Source: Eledone cirrhosa
Taxonomy: Eukaryota
DNA length: 64,000 nt
Reading direction: 5' to 3'
Assembly: GCA_964016885.1 (NCBI GenBank)
Contig: OZ024743.1
Location: forward strand, 224,006,001-224,070,000
Shown here: piece after piece, positions 15,001 to 30,000 of the stretch
How the letters are laid out: the number at the start of each line of letters is the position of its first letter
Numbering within the stretch: the stretch's first letter is position 1
Notes under the pieces: generated by a model
Told to the model about the DNA's origin: nothing
Database searches by the model: none
The model's input: the letters and a program-made list of their open reading frames with translations, nothing else
Made by a program: the position numbers and the translations under genes

Positions 15001-18000
15001 GATATTGTTGTTGTTGTTATTGTTGTTGATATTGCTGTTGTTGTCATTGTTATTGGTGTTGATATTGGTGTTGTTGTCATGGTTATTGGTGTTGATATAG
15101 TTGTTGTTGTCATTGTTATTGGAGGTGATATTGCTGTGTTGTCATTGTTATTGGTGGTGATATTGCTGTTGTTGTCATTGTTATTGGTGTTGATATAGTT
15201 GTTGTTGTCATTGTTATTGGTGGTGATATTGCTGTTGTTGTCATTGTTATTGGTGGTGATATTGCTGTTGTTGTCGTTGTTATTGGTGTTGATATAGTTG
15301 TTGTTGTCATTGTTATTGGTGGTGATATTGCTGTTGTTGTCATTGTTATTGGTGGTGATATTGCTGTTGTTGTCGTTGTTATTGGTGTTGATATTGTTGT
15401 TGTTGACATTGTTATTGGTGTTGATATTGCTGTTGTTGTCATTGTTATTGGTGTTGATATTGTTGTTGTTGTTGTTATTGGTGTTGATATTGTTGTTGTT
15501 GTCATTGTTATTGGTGTTGATATTGTTGTTGTTGTCGTTCTTATTGGTGGTGATATTGTTGTTGTTGTCGTTGTTATTGGTGTTGATATTGTTGTTGTTG
15601 TCGTTCTTATTGGTGGTGATATTGTTGTTGTTGTCGTTGTTATTGGTGTTGATATTGTTGTTGTTGTCGTTCTTATTGGTGTTGATATTGCTGTTGTTGT
15701 CGTTCTTATTGGTGGTGATATTGCTGTTGTTGTCATTGTTATTGGTGGTGATATTGCTGTTGTTGTCGTTCTTATTGGTGGTGATATTGTTGTTGTTGTC
15801 GTTCTTATTGGTGTTGATATTGTTGTTGTTGTCGTTCTTATTGGTGGTGATATTGTTGTTGTTGTCGTTCTTATTGGTGGTGATATTGTTGTTGTTGTCG
15901 TTCTTATTGGTGGTGATATTGTTGTTGTTGTCGTTGTTATTGGTGGTGATATTGTTGTTGTTGTCGTTGTTATTGGTGGTGATATTGTTGTTGTTGTCGT
16001 TCTTATTGGTGGTGATATTGTTGTTGTTGTCGTTCTTATTGGTGGTGATATTGTTGTTGTTGTCGTTGTTATTGGTGGTGATATTGTTGTTGTTGTCGTT
16101 GTTATTGGTGGTGATATTGTTGTTGTTGTCGTTGTTATTGGTGTTGATATTGTTGTTGTTGTCATAGTTATTGGTGTTGATATTGTTGTTGTTGTCATTG
16201 TTATTGGTGTTGATATTGCTGTTGTTGTTGTTGTTATTGGTGTTGATATTGCTGTTGTTGTAGTTGTTATTGGTGTTGATATTGTTGTTGTTGTCGTTGT
16301 TATTGGTGTTGATATTGTTGTTGTTGTTGTTATTATTGGTGTTGATATTGCTGTTGTTGTTGTTGTTATTGGTGTTGATATTGCTGTTGTTGTTGTTGTT
16401 ATTGGTGTTGATATTGTTGTTGTTGTCGTTGTTATTGGTGTTGATATTGTTGTTGTTGTTGTTGTTATTGGTGTTGATATTGCTGTTGTTGTCATTGTTA
16501 TTGGTGTTGATATTGTTGTTGTTGTTGTTGTTATTGGTGTTGATATTGTTGTTGTTGTTGTTGTTATTGTTGGTGATATTTTTGTTGTTGTCGTTGTTAT
16601 TGTCGTTGATATTGCTGTTGTTGTCCTTGTTATTGATAGTGATATTGGTGTTGTTGTCCTTGTTATTGCTGTTGATATTGCTGCTGTTGTCATTGTTATT
16701 GGTGGTGATATTGCTGTTGTTGTCGTTGTTATTGGTGTTGATATTATTGTTGTTGTCCTTGTTATTGCTGTTGATATTGCTGCTGTTGTCATTGTTATTG
16801 GTGTTGATATTGCTGTTGTTGTCATTGTTATTGGTGGTGATATTGCTATTGTTGTCGTTGTTATTGGTGGTGATATTGTTGTTGTTGTCATTGTTATTGG
16901 TGTTTATATTGTTGTTGTTGTCGTTGTTATTGGTGTTGATATTGTTGTTGTTGTCATTGTTATTGGTGTTGATATTGTTGTTGTCGTTGTTATTGGTGTT
17001 GATATTGTTGTTGTCATTGTTATTGGTGTTGATATTGCTGTTGTTGTCGTTGTTATTGGTGTTGATATTATTGTTGTTGTCCTTGTTATTGCTGTTGATA
17101 TTGCTGCTGTTGTCATTGTTATTGGTGTTGATATTGCTGTTGTTGTCATTGTTATTGGTGGTGATATTGCTATTGTTGTCGTTGTTATTGGTGGTGATAT
17201 TGTTGTTGTTGTCATTGTTATTGGTGTTTATATTGTTGTTGTTGTCGTTGTTATTGGTGTTGATATTGTTGTTGTTGTCATTGTTATTGGTGTTGATATT
17301 GTTGTTGTCATTGTTATTGGTGTTGATATTGCTGTTGTTGTCGTTGTTATTGGTGTTGATATTGTTGTTGTTGTCGTTGTTATTGGTATGGATATTGCTG
17401 TTGTTGTCATTGTTATTGGTGTTGATATTGTTGTTGTCATTGTTATTGGTAGTGATATTGTTGTTGTTGTCATTGTTATTGGTGGTGATATTGTTGTTGT
17501 TGTCGTTGTTATTGGTGTTGATATTGCTGTTGTTGTCGTTGTTATTGGTGGTGATATTGCTGTTGTTGTCATTGTTATTGGTGTTGATATTGTTGTTGTT
17601 GTCATTGTTATTGGTGTTGATATTGTTGTTGTTGTCGTTGTTATTGGTGTTGATATTGTTGTTGTTGTCGTTGTTATTGGTGTTGATATTGCTGTTGTTG
17701 TCGTTGTTACTGGTGTTGATATTGTTGTTGTTGTCATTGTTATTGGTGTTGATATTGTTGTTGTTGTCATTGTTATTGGTGTTGATATTGTTGTTGTCAT
17801 TGTTATTGGTGTTGATATTGTTGTTGTTGTCGTTGTTATTGGTGTTGATATTGCTGTTGTTGTCATTGTTATTGGTGGTGATATTGCTGTTGTTGTCGTT
17901 GTTATTGGTGTTGATATTGCCGTTGTTGTCATTGTTATTGGTGGTGATATTGCTGTTGTTGTCATTGTTATTGGTGTTGATATTGTTGTTGTTCTCATTG

Positions 18001-21000
18001 TTATTGGTGTTGAAATTACTGTTGTTGTCGTTGTTATTGGTGTTGATATTGCTGTTGTTGTCATTGTTATTGGTGTTGATATTGTTGTTGTTGTCGTTGT
18101 TATTGGTGTTGATAATGCTGTTGTTGTCGTTGTTATTGGTGTTGATATTGCTGTTGTTGTCATTGTTATTGGTGGTGATATTGCTGTTGTTGTCATTGTT
18201 ATTGGTGTTGATATTGTTGTTGTTCTCATTGTTATTGGTGTTGAAATTACTGTTGTTGTCGTTGTTATTGGTGTTGATATTGCTGTTGTTGTCATTGTTA
18301 TTGGTGGTGATATTGCTGTTGTTGTCGTTGTTATTGGTGGTGATATTGTTGTTGTTGTCATTGTTATTGGTGTTGATATTGTTGTTGTTGTCATTGTTAT
18401 TGGTGGTGATATTGCTGTTGTTGTCGTTGTTATTGGTGTTGATATTGCTGTTGTTGTCATTGTTATTGTTGTTGATATTGCTGTTGTTGTCATTGTTATT
18501 GGTGTTGATATTGTTGTTGTTGTCGTTGTTGTTGGTGTTGATATTGTTGTTGTTGTCGTTGTTATTGGTGGTGATATTGTTGTTGTTGTCGTTGTTATTG
18601 GTGTTGATGTTGTTGTTGTCGTTGTTATTGGTGTTGATATTGCTGTTGTTATCATTGTTATTGGTGGTGATATTGCTGTTGTTGTCATTGTTATTGGTGG
18701 TGATATTGTTGTTGTTGTCGTTGTTATTGGTGTTGATGTTGTTGTTGTCGTTGTTATTGGTGGTGATATTGCTGTTGTTGTCATTGTTATTGGTGTTGAT
18801 ATTGCTGTTGTTGTCGTTGTTATTGGTGTTGATATTGTTGTTGTTGTCATTGTTATTGGTGTTGATATTGTTGTTGTTGTCGTTGTTATTGGTGTTGATA
18901 TTACTGTTGTTGTCATTGTTATTGGTGGTGATATTGCTGTTGTTGTCATTGTTATTGGTGTTGATATTGTTTGTTGTTGTCATTGTTGTTGGTGTTGATA
19001 TTGCTGTTGTTGTCATTGTTATTGGTGTTGATATTGTTGTTGTTGTCGTTGTTATTGGTGTTGATATTGCTGTTGTTGTCATTGTTATTGGTGTTGATAT
19101 TGCTGTTGTTGTCATTGTTATTGGTGTTGATATTGTTGTTGTTGTCGTTGTTGTTGGTGTTGATATTGCTGTTGTTGTCATTGTTATTGGTGTTGATATT
19201 GTTGTTGTTGTCATTTTTATTGGTGTTGATATTGTTGTTGTTGTCATTGTTACTGGTGGTGATATTGTCGTTGTTGTCATTGTTATTGGTGTTGATATTG
19301 TTGTTGTTGTCGTTGTTATTGGTGGTGATATTGTTGTTGTTGTCATTTTAGTGGTGTTGATATTGCTGTTGTTGTCATTGTTATTGGTGTTGATATTGCT
19401 GTTGTTGTCCTTGTTATAGGTGTTGATATTGTTGTTGTTGCCATTGTTATTGGTGTTGATATTTCTGTTATTGTCGTTGTTATTGGTGTTGATATTGCTG
19501 TTGTTGCCATTGTTATTGGTGTTGATATTGTTGTTGTTCTCATTGTTATTGGTGGTGATATTGCTGTTGTTGTTGTTGTTATTGGTGTTGATATTGCTGT
19601 TGTTGCCATTGTTATTGGTGTTGATATTGCTGTTGTTGTCATGGTTATTGGTGGTGATATTGTTGTTGTTCTCATTGTTATTGTTGGTGATATTGTTGTT
19701 GTTCTCATTGTTATTGGTGGTGATATTTCTGTTGTCGTTGTTATTGGTGGTGATATTGTTGTTGTTGTCATTGTTATTGTTGGTGATATTTCTGTTGTCG
19801 TTGTTATTGGTGGTGATATTGTTGTTGTTGTCATTGTTATTGGTGTTGATATTGTTGTTGTCGTTGTTATTGGTGGTGATATTGTTGTTGTTGTAATTGT
19901 TATTGGTGGTGATATTGCTGTTGTTGTCATTGTTATTGGTGGTGATATTGTTGTTGTTGTCACTGTTATTGGTGTTGATATTGTTGTTGTTGACATTGTT
20001 ATTGGTGGTGATATTGTTGTTGTTCTCATTGTTATTGGTGTTGATATTGCTGTTGTTGTCATTGTTATTGGTGGTGATATTGTTGTTGTTGTCGTTGTTA
20101 TTGGTGGTGATATTGCTGTTGTTGTCATTGTTATTGGTGTTGATATTGCTGTTGTTGTCATTGTTATTGGTGGTGATATTGTTGTTGTTCTCATTGTTAT
20201 TGGTGTTGATATTGTTGTTGTTGTCATTGTTATTGGTGGTGATATTGCTGTTGTTGTCATGGTTATTGGTGTTGATATTGTTGTTGTTGTCATTGTTATT
20301 GTTGGTGATATTGCTGTTGTTGTCATTGTTATTGGTGTTGATATTGTTGTTGTTGTTGTCATTGTTATTGGTGGTGATATTGTTGTTGTTCTCATTGTTA
20401 TTGGTGTTGATATTGTTGTTGTTGTCATTGTTATTGGTGTTGATATTGCTGTTGTTGTCATTGTTACTGGTGGTGATATTGTTGTTGTTCTCATTGTTAT
20501 TGGTGTTGATATTGTTGTTGTTGTCATTGTTATTGGTGGTGATATTGCTGTTTTTGTCATGGTTATTGGTGTTGATATTGCTGTTGTTGTCATTGTTATT
20601 GTTGGTGATATTGCTGTTGTTGTCATTGTTATTGGTGTTGATATTGTTGTTGTTGTCATTGTTATTGGTGTTGATATTGTTGTTGTTGTCATGGTTATTG
20701 GTGTTGATATTGTTGTTGTTGTCATTGTTATTGGTGGTGATATTGCTGTTGTTGTCATTGTTATTGGTGGTGATATTGCTGTTGTTGTCATTGTTATTGG
20801 TGTTGATATTGTTGTTGTTCTCATTGTTATTGGTGTTGATATTGTTGTTGTTGTTGTTGTTATTGGTGTTGATATTGTTGTTGTTGTCGTTCTTATTGGT
20901 GGTGATATTGTTGTTGTTGTCATGGTTATTGGTGGTGATATTGCTGTTGTTGTCATTGTTATTGGTGTTGATATTGTTGTTGTTGTTGTTATTGGTGTTG

Positions 21001-24000
21001 ATATTGTTGTTGTTGTCATTGTTATTGGTGTTGATATTGTTGTTGTTGTCGTTCTTATTGGTGTTGATATTGTTGTTGTTGTCATTGTTATTGGTGGTGA
21101 TATTGTTGTTGTTGTCGTTGTTATTGGTGGTGATATTGTTGTTGTTGTCGTTGTTATTGGTGTTGATATTGTTGTTGTTGTCATTTTTATTGGTGTTGAT
21201 ATTGTTGTTGTTGTCATTGTTACTGGTGGTGATATTGTCGTTGTTGTCATTGTTATTGGTGTTGATATTGTTGTTGTTGTCGTAGTTATTGGTGTTGATA
21301 TTGTTGTTGTTGTCATTTTTATTGGTGGTGATATTGTTGTTGTTGTCATTGTTATTGGTGTTGATATTGTTGTTGTTGTCATTTTTATTGGTGTTGATAT
21401 TGTTGTTGTTGTCATTGTTACTGGTGGTGATATTGTCGTTGTTGTCATTGTTATTGGTGTTGATATTGTTGTTGTTGTCGTAGTTATTGGTGTTGATATT
21501 GTTGTTGTTGTCATTGTTATTGGTGTTGATATTGCTGTTGTTCTCATTGTTATTGGTGTTGATATTGTTGTTGTTGTCGTTGTTATTGGTGTTGATATTG
21601 TTGTTGTTGTCATTGTTATTGGTGTTGATATTGCTGTTGTTGTCATTGTTATTGGTGTTGATATTGTTGTTGTTGTCGTTGTTATTGGTGGTGATATTGT
21701 TGTTGTTGTCATTTTAGTGGTGTTGATATTGCTGTTGTTGTCATTGTTATTGGTGTTGATATTGCTGTTGTTGTCCTTGTTATTGGTGTTGATATTGTTG
21801 TTGTTCTCATTGTTATTGGTGGTGATATTGCTGTTGTTGTTGTTGTTATTGGTGTTGATATTGCTGTTGTTGCCATTGTTATTGGTGTTGATATTGCTGT
21901 TGTTGTCATGGTTATTGGTGGTGATATTGTTGTTGTTCTCATTGTTATTGGTGGTGATATTGTTGTTGTTGTCATTGTTATTGGTGTTGATATTGTTGTT
22001 GTCGTTGTTATTGGTGGTGATATTGCTGTTGTTGACATTGTTATTGGTGGTGATATTGTTGTTGTTGTCACTGTTATTGGTGTTGATATTGTTGTTGTTG
22101 ACATTGTTATTGGTGGTGATATTGTTGTTGTTCTCATTGTTATTGGTGTTGATATTGCTGTTGTTGTCATTGTTATTGGTGGTGATATTGTTGTTGTTGT
22201 CGTTGTTATTGGTGTTGATATTGTTGTTGTTGTCATTGTTATTGGTGTTGATATTGTTGTTGTTGTCCTTGTTATTGTTGGTGATATTGCTGTTGTTGTC
22301 ATTGTTATTGGTGGTGATATTGTTGTTGTTGTCATTGTTGTTGGTGTTGATATTGCTGTTGTTGTCATTGTTATTGGTGTTGATATTGTTGTTGTTGTCG
22401 TTGTTGTTGGTGTTGATATTGCTGTTGTTGTCATTGTTATTGGTGTTGATATTGCTGTTGTTGTCATTGTTATTGGTGTTGATATTGCTGTTGTTGTCAT
22501 TGTTATTGGTGTTGATATTGCTGTTGTTGTCATTGTTATTGGTGTTGATATTGTTGTTGTTGTCGTTGTTGTTGGTGTTGATATTGCTGTTGTTGTCATT
22601 GTTATTGGTGTTGATATTGCTGTTGTTGTCATTGTTATTGGTGTTGATATTGCTGTTGTTGTCATTGTTATTGGTGTTGATATTGTTGTTGTTGTCGTTG
22701 TTATTGGTGTTGATATTGTTGTTGTTGTCATTGTTATTGGTGTTGATATTGCTGTTGTTGTCATTGTTATTGGTGTTGATATTGCTGTTGTTGTCATTGT
22801 TATTGGTGTTGATATTGTTGTTGTTGTCGTTGATGTTGGTGTTGATATTGCTGTTGTTGTCATTGTTATTGGTGTTGATATTGCTGTTGTTGTCATTGTT
22901 ATTGGTGTTGATATGGCTGTTGTTGTCGTTGTTATTGGTGGTGATATTGCTGTTGTTGTCATTGTTATTGGTGTTTATATTGCTATTGTTGTCGTTGTTA
23001 TTGGTGGTGATATTGCTGTTGTTGTCATTGTTGTTGGTGGTGATATTGTTGTTGTTGTCATTGTTATTGGTGTTGATATTGCTGTTGTTGTCATTGTTAT
23101 TGGTGTTGATATTCTTGTTGTTGTCATTGTTATTGGTGTTGATATTGCTGTTGTTGTCATTGTTATTGGTGTTGATATTGCTGTTGTTGTCATTGTTATT
23201 GATGTTGATATTCTTGTTGTTGTCATTGTTATTGGTGGTGATATTGCTGTTGTTGTCATTGTTATTGGTGTTGATATTGCTGTTGTTGTCATTGTTATTG
23301 GTGTTGATATTGTTGTTGTTGTCATTGTTGTTGGTGTTGATATTGCTGTTGTTGTCAATGTTATTGGTGTTGATATTGTTGTTGTTATCATTGTTATTGT
23401 TGTTGATATTGTTGTTGTTGTCGTTGTTATTGGTGTTGATATTGTTGTTGTTGTCATTGTTATTGGTGTTGATATTGTTGTTGTTGTCATTGTTCTTGGT
23501 GTTGATATTGTTGTTGTTGTCATTGTTATTGGTGGTGATATTGCTGTTGTTGTCGTTGTTATTGGTGTTGATATTGTTGTTGGTGTCGTTGTTATTGGTG
23601 TTGATATTGTTGTTGTTGTCGTTGTTATTGGTGTTGATATTACTGTTGTTGTCATTGTTATTGGTGGTGATATTGCTGTTGTTGTCATTGTTATTGGTGT
23701 TGATATTGTTGTTGTTGTCGTTGTTGTTGGTGTTGATATTGCTGTTGTTGTCATTGTTATTGGTGTTGATATTGCTGTTGTTGTCATTGTTATTGGTGTT
23801 GATATTGGTGTTGTTGTTATTGTTATTGGTGTTGATATTGTTGTTGTTGTCATTGTTATTGGTGGTGATATTGCTGTTGTTGTCGTTGTTATTGGTGTTG
23901 ATATTGTTGTTGTCGTCATTTTTATTGGTGGTGATATTGTTGTTGTTGTCGTTGTTATTGGTGTTGATATTGCTGTTGTTATCATTGTTATTGGTGGTGA

Positions 24001-27000
24001 TATTGCTGTTGTTGTCATTGTTATAGGTGTTGATATTGTTGTTGTCGTCATTTTTATTGGTGGTGATATTGTTGATGTTGTCGTTGTTATTGGTGTTGAT
24101 ATTGCTGTTGTTATCATTGTTATTGGTGGTGATATTGCTGTTGTTGTCGTTGTTATTGGTGGTGATATTGCTGTTGTTGTCGTTGTTGTTGGTGTTGATA
24201 TTGTTGTTGTTGTCGTTGTTATTGGTGGTGATATTGCTGTTGTTGTCGTTGTTATTGGTGTTGATATTGTTGTTGTCGTCATTTTTATTGGTGGTGATAT
24301 TGTTGTTGTTGTCGTTGTTATTGGTGGTGATATTGTTGTTGTTGTCATTGTTATTGTTGTTTATATTGTTGTTGTTGTCGTTGTTATTGGTGTTGATATT
24401 GCTGTTGTTGTCATTGTTATTGGTGTTGATATTGTTGTTGTTGTCGTTGTTATTGGTGTTGATATTGCTGTTGTTATCATTGTTATTGGTGGTGATATTG
24501 CTGTTGTTGTCATTGTTGTTGGTGTTGATATTGCTGTTGTTGTCATTGTTATTGATGTTGATATTGTTGTTGTTGTCGTTGTTATTGGTGTTGATATTGT
24601 TGTTGTTGTCGTTCTTGTTGGTGTTGATATTGTTGTTGTTGTCGTTGTTATTGGTGTTGATATTGCTGTTGTTGTCATTGTTATTGGTGGTGATATTGCT
24701 GTTGTTGTCGTCGTTATTGGTGTTGATATTGTTGTTGTCATTGTTATTGGTGTTGATATTGTTGTTGTTGTCATTGTTATTGGTGGTGATATTGTTGTTG
24801 TTGTCGTTGTTATTGGTGGTGATATTGTTGTTGTTGTCGTTGTTATTGGTGTTGATATTGTTGTTGTTGTCGTTGTTATTGGTGGTGATATTGCTGTTGT
24901 TGTCATTGTTATTGGTGTTGATATTGTTGTTGTTGTCATTGTTATTGGTGTGGATATTGTTGTTGTTGTCGTTGTTATTGGTGGTGATATTGTTGTTGTT
25001 GTCATTGTTATTGGTGTTGATATTGTTGTTGTTGTCATTGTTATTGGTGTTGACATTGTTGTCGTTGTCGATGTCATTGGTGTTGATATTGCTGTTGTTG
25101 TCATTGTTATTGGTGGTGATATTGTTGTTGTTGTCGTTGTTATTGGTGGTGATATTGTTGTTGTTGTCGTTGTTATTGGTGGTGATATTGTTGTTGTTGT
25201 CATTGTTATTGGTGTTGATATTGTTGTTGTTGTCATTGTTATTGGTGGTGATATTGTTGTTGTTGTCATTGTTATTGGTGTTTATATTGCTGTTGTTGTC
25301 ATTGTTATTGGTGTTTATATTGTTGTTGTTGTCGTTGTTATTGGTGTTGATATTGTTGTTGTTGTCATTGTTATTGGTGGTGATATTGCTGTTGTTGTCA
25401 TTGTTATTGGTGTTTATATTGCTGTTGTTGTCATTGTTATTGGTGTTTATATTGTTGTTGTTGTCGTTGTTATTGGTGTTGATATTGCTGTTGTTGTCAT
25501 TGTTATTGGTGGTGATATTGTTGTTGTTATCGTTGTTATTGGTGTTGATATTGTTGTCGTTATCGTTGTTATTGGTGTTGATATTGTTGTTGTTGTCATT
25601 GTTATTGCTGTTGATATTATTGTTGTTGTCGTTGTTATTGGTGGTGATATTGTTGTTGTTGTCATTGTTCTTGGTGTTGATATTGTTGTTGTTATCGTTG
25701 TTATTGGTGTTGATATTGTTGTTGTTGTCATTGTTATTGCTGTTGATATTGTTGTTGTTGTCGTTGTTATTGGTGGTGATATTGTTGTTGTTGTCATTGT
25801 TATTGCTGTTGATATTATTGTTGTTGTCGTTGTTATTGGTGGTGATATTGTTGTTGTTGTCATTGTTCTTGGTGTTGATATTGTTGTTGTTGTCGTTGTT
25901 ATTGGTGTTGATATTGTTGTTGTTGTCATTGTTATTGGTGTTGATATTGTTGTTGTTGTCGTTGTTATTGGTGGTGATATTGTTGTTGTTGTCATTGTTG
26001 TCATTGTTATTGGTGTTGATATTGCTGTTGTTGTTGTTATTGATGTTGATATTGTTGTTGTTGTCATTGTTATTGTTGGTGATATTTTTGTTGTTGTCGT
26101 TGTTATTGTCGTTGATATTGCTGTTGTTGTCGTTGTTATTGGTGTTGATATTGGTGTTGTTGTCATTGTTATTGGTGTTGATATTGTTGTTGTCATTGTT
26201 ATTGGTGTTGATATTGCTGTTGTTGTCGTTGTTATTGGTGTTGATATTATTGTTGTTGTCCTTGTTATTGCTGTTGATATTGCTGCTGTTGTCATTGTTA
26301 TTGGTGTTGATATTGCTGTTGTTGTCATTGTTATTGGTGTTGATATTGCTGTTGTTGTCATTGTTATTGGTGGTGATATTGCTATTGTTGTCGTTGTTAT
26401 TGGTGGTGATATTGTTGTTGTTGTCATTGTTATTGGTGTTGATATTGTTGTTGTTGTCATTGTTATTGGTGTTGATATTGCTGTTGTTGTCATTGTTATT
26501 GGTGTTGATATTGCTGTTGTTGTCATTGTTATTGGTGGTGATATTGCTATTGTTGTCGTTGTTATTGGTGGTGATATTGCTGTTGTTGTCATTGTTATTG
26601 GTGTTGATATTGCTGTTGTTGTCATTGTTATTGGTGTTGATATTGCTGTTGTTGTCATTGTTATTGGTGTTGATATTGCTGTTGTTGTCATTGTTATTGG
26701 TGTTGATATTGCTGTTGTTGTCATTGTTATTGGTGTTGATATTGCTGTTGTTGTCATTGTTATTGGTGTTGATATTGCTGTTGTTGTCATTGTTATTGGT
26801 GTTGATATTGCTGTTGTTGTCATTGTTATTGGTGTTGATATTGCTGTTGTTGTCATTGTTATTGGTGTTGATATTGCTGTTGTTGTCATTGTTATTGGTG
26901 TTGATATTGCTGTTGTTGTCATTGTTATTGGTGTTGATATTGCTGTTGTTGTCATTGTTATTGGTGTTGATATTGTTGTTGTTGTCATTGTTATTGGTGT

Positions 27001-30000
27001 TGATATTGCTGTTGTTGTCATTGTTATTGGTGGTGATATTGCTATTGTTGTCGTTGTTATAGGTGTTGATATTGTTGTTGTTGTCATTGTTATTGGTGTT
27101 TATATTGTTGTTGTTGTCGTTGTTATTGGTGTTGATATTGTTGTTGTTGTCATTGTTATTGGTGTTGATATTGTTGTTGTCATTGTTATTGGTGTTGATA
27201 TTGCTGTTGTTGTCGTTGTTATTGGTGTTGATATTGTTGTTGTTGTCGTTGTTATTGGTATGGATATTGCTGTTGTTGTCATTGTTATTGGTGTTGATAT
27301 TGTTGTTGTCATTGTTATTGGTAGTGATATTGTTGTTGTTGTCATTGTTATTGGTGGTGATATTGTTGTTGTTGTCGTTGTTATTGGTGTTGATATTGCT
27401 GTTGTTGTCGTTGTTATTGGTGGTGATATTGCTGTTGTTGTCATTGTTATTGGTGTTGATATTGTTGTTGTTGTCATTGTTATTGGTGTTGATATTGTTG
27501 TTGTTGTCGTTGTTATTGGTGTTGATATTGTTGTTGTTGTCGTTGTTATTGGTGTTGATATTGCTGTTGTTGTCGTTGTTACTGGTGTTGATATTGTTGT
27601 TGTTGTCATTGTTATTGGTGTTGATATTGTTGTTGTTGTCATTGTTATTGGTGTTGATATTGTTGTTGTCATTGTTATTGGTGTTGATATTGTTGTTGTT
27701 GTCGTTGTTATTGGTGTTGATATTGCTGTTGTTGTCATTGTTATTGGTGGTGATATTGCTGTTGTTGTCGTTGTTATTGGTGTTGATATTGCTGTTGTTG
27801 TCATTGTTATTGGTGGTGATATTGCTGTTGTTGTCATTGTTATTGGTGTTGATATTGTTGTTGTTCTCATTGTTATTGGTGTTGAAATTACTGTTGTTGT
27901 CGTTGTTATTGGTGTTGATATTGCTGTTGTTGTCATTGTTATTGGTGTTGATATTGTTGTTGTTGTCGTTGTTATTGGTGTTGATAATGCTGTTGTTGTC
28001 GTTGTTATTGGTGTTGATATTGCTGTTGTTGTCATTGTTATTGGTGGTGATATTGCTGTTGTTGTCATTGTTATTGGTGTTGATATTGTTGTTGTTCTCA
28101 TTGTTATTGGTGTTGAAATTACTGTTGTTGTCGTTGTTATTGGTGTTGATATTGCTGTTGTTGTCATTGTTATTGGTGGTGATATTGCTGTTGTTGTCGT
28201 TGTTATTGGTGGTGATATTGTTGTTGTTGTCATTGTTATTGGTGTTGATATTGTTGTTGTTGTCATTTTTATTGGTGGTGATATTGTTGTTGTTGTCGTT
28301 GTTATTGGTGTTGATATTGCTGTTGTTATCATTGTTATTGGTGTTGATATTGTTGTTGTTGTCGTTGTTATTGTTGGTGATATTGCTGTTGTTGTCGTTG
28401 TTATTGGTGTTGATATTGTTGTTGTCGTCATTTTTATTGGTGGTGATATTGTTGTTGTTGTCGTTGTTATTGGTGTTGATATTGGTGTTGTTATCATTGT
28501 TATTGGTGTTGATATTGTTGTTGTTGTCATTGTTATTGGTGGTGATATTGCTGTTGTTGTCGTTGTTATTGGTGTTGATATTGCTGTTGTTGTCATTGTT
28601 ATTGTTGTTGATATTGCTGTTGTTGTCATTGTTATTGGTGTTGATATTGCTGTTGTTGTCGTTGTTATTGGTGTTGATATTGTTGTTGTTGTCATTGTTA
28701 TTGGTGTTGATATTGTTGTTGTTGTCGTTGTTGTTGGTGTTGATATTGTTGTTGTTGTCGTTGTTATTGGTGGTGATATTGTTGTTGTTGTCGTTGTTAT
28801 TGGTGTTGATGTTGTTGTTGTCGTTGTTATTGGTGTTGATATTGCTGTTGTTGTTATTGTTATTGGTGTTGATATTGTTGTTGTTGTCGTTGTTGTTGGT
28901 GTTGATATTGTTGTTGTTGTCGTTGTTATTGGTGGTGATATTGTTGTTGTTGTCGTTGTTATTGGTGTTGATGTTGTTGTTGTCGTTGTTATTGGTGTTG
29001 ATATTGCTGTTGTTATCATTGTTATTGGTGGTGATATTGCTGTTGTTGTCATTGTTATTGGTGGTGATATTGTTGTTGTTGTCGTTGTTATTGGTGTTGA
29101 TGTTGTTGTTGTCGTTGTTATTGGTGGTGATATTGCTGTTGTTGTCATTGTTATTGGTGTTGATATTGTTGTTGTTGTCATTGTTATTGGTGTTGATATT
29201 GCTGTTGTTGTCGTTGTTATTGGTGTTGATATTGTTGTTGTTGTCATTGTTATTGGTGTTGATATTGTTGTTGTTGTCGTTGTTATTGGTGTTGATATTA
29301 CTGTTGTTGTCATTGTTATTGGTGGTGATATTGCTGTTGTTGTCATTGTTATTGGTGTTGATATTGTTTGTTGTTGTCATTGTTGTTGGTGTTGATATTG
29401 CTGTTGTTGTCATTGTTATTGGTGTTGATATTGTTGTTGTTGTCGTTGTTATTGGTGTTGATATTGCTGTTGTTGTCATTGTTATTGGTGTTGATATTGC
29501 TGTTGTTGTCATTGTTATTGGTGTTGATATTGCTGTTATTGTCATTGTTATTGGTGTTGATATTGCTGTTGTTGTCGTTGTTATTGGTGGTGATATTGCT
29601 GTTGTTGTCATTGTTGTTGGTGGTGATATTGTTGTTGTTGTCGTTGTTATTGGTGGTGACATTGTTGTTGTTGTCGTTGTTATTGGTGTTGATATTGTTG
29701 CTGTTGTCGTTGTTATAGGTGTTGATATTGTTGTTGTTGTCGTTGTTATTGGTGTTGATATTGTTGTTGTTGTCATTGTTATTGGTGTTGATATTGTTGT
29801 TGTCATTGTTATTGATGTTGATATTGTTGTTGTTGTCGTTGTTATTGGTGTTGATATTGTTGTTGTTGTCGTTGTTATTGGTGGTGATATTGTTTTTGTT
29901 GTCATTGTTATTGGTGGTGATATTGTTGTTGTTGTCGTTGTTATTGGTGTTGATATTGTTGTTGTTGTCATTGTTATTGGTGTTGATATTGTTGTTGTCA

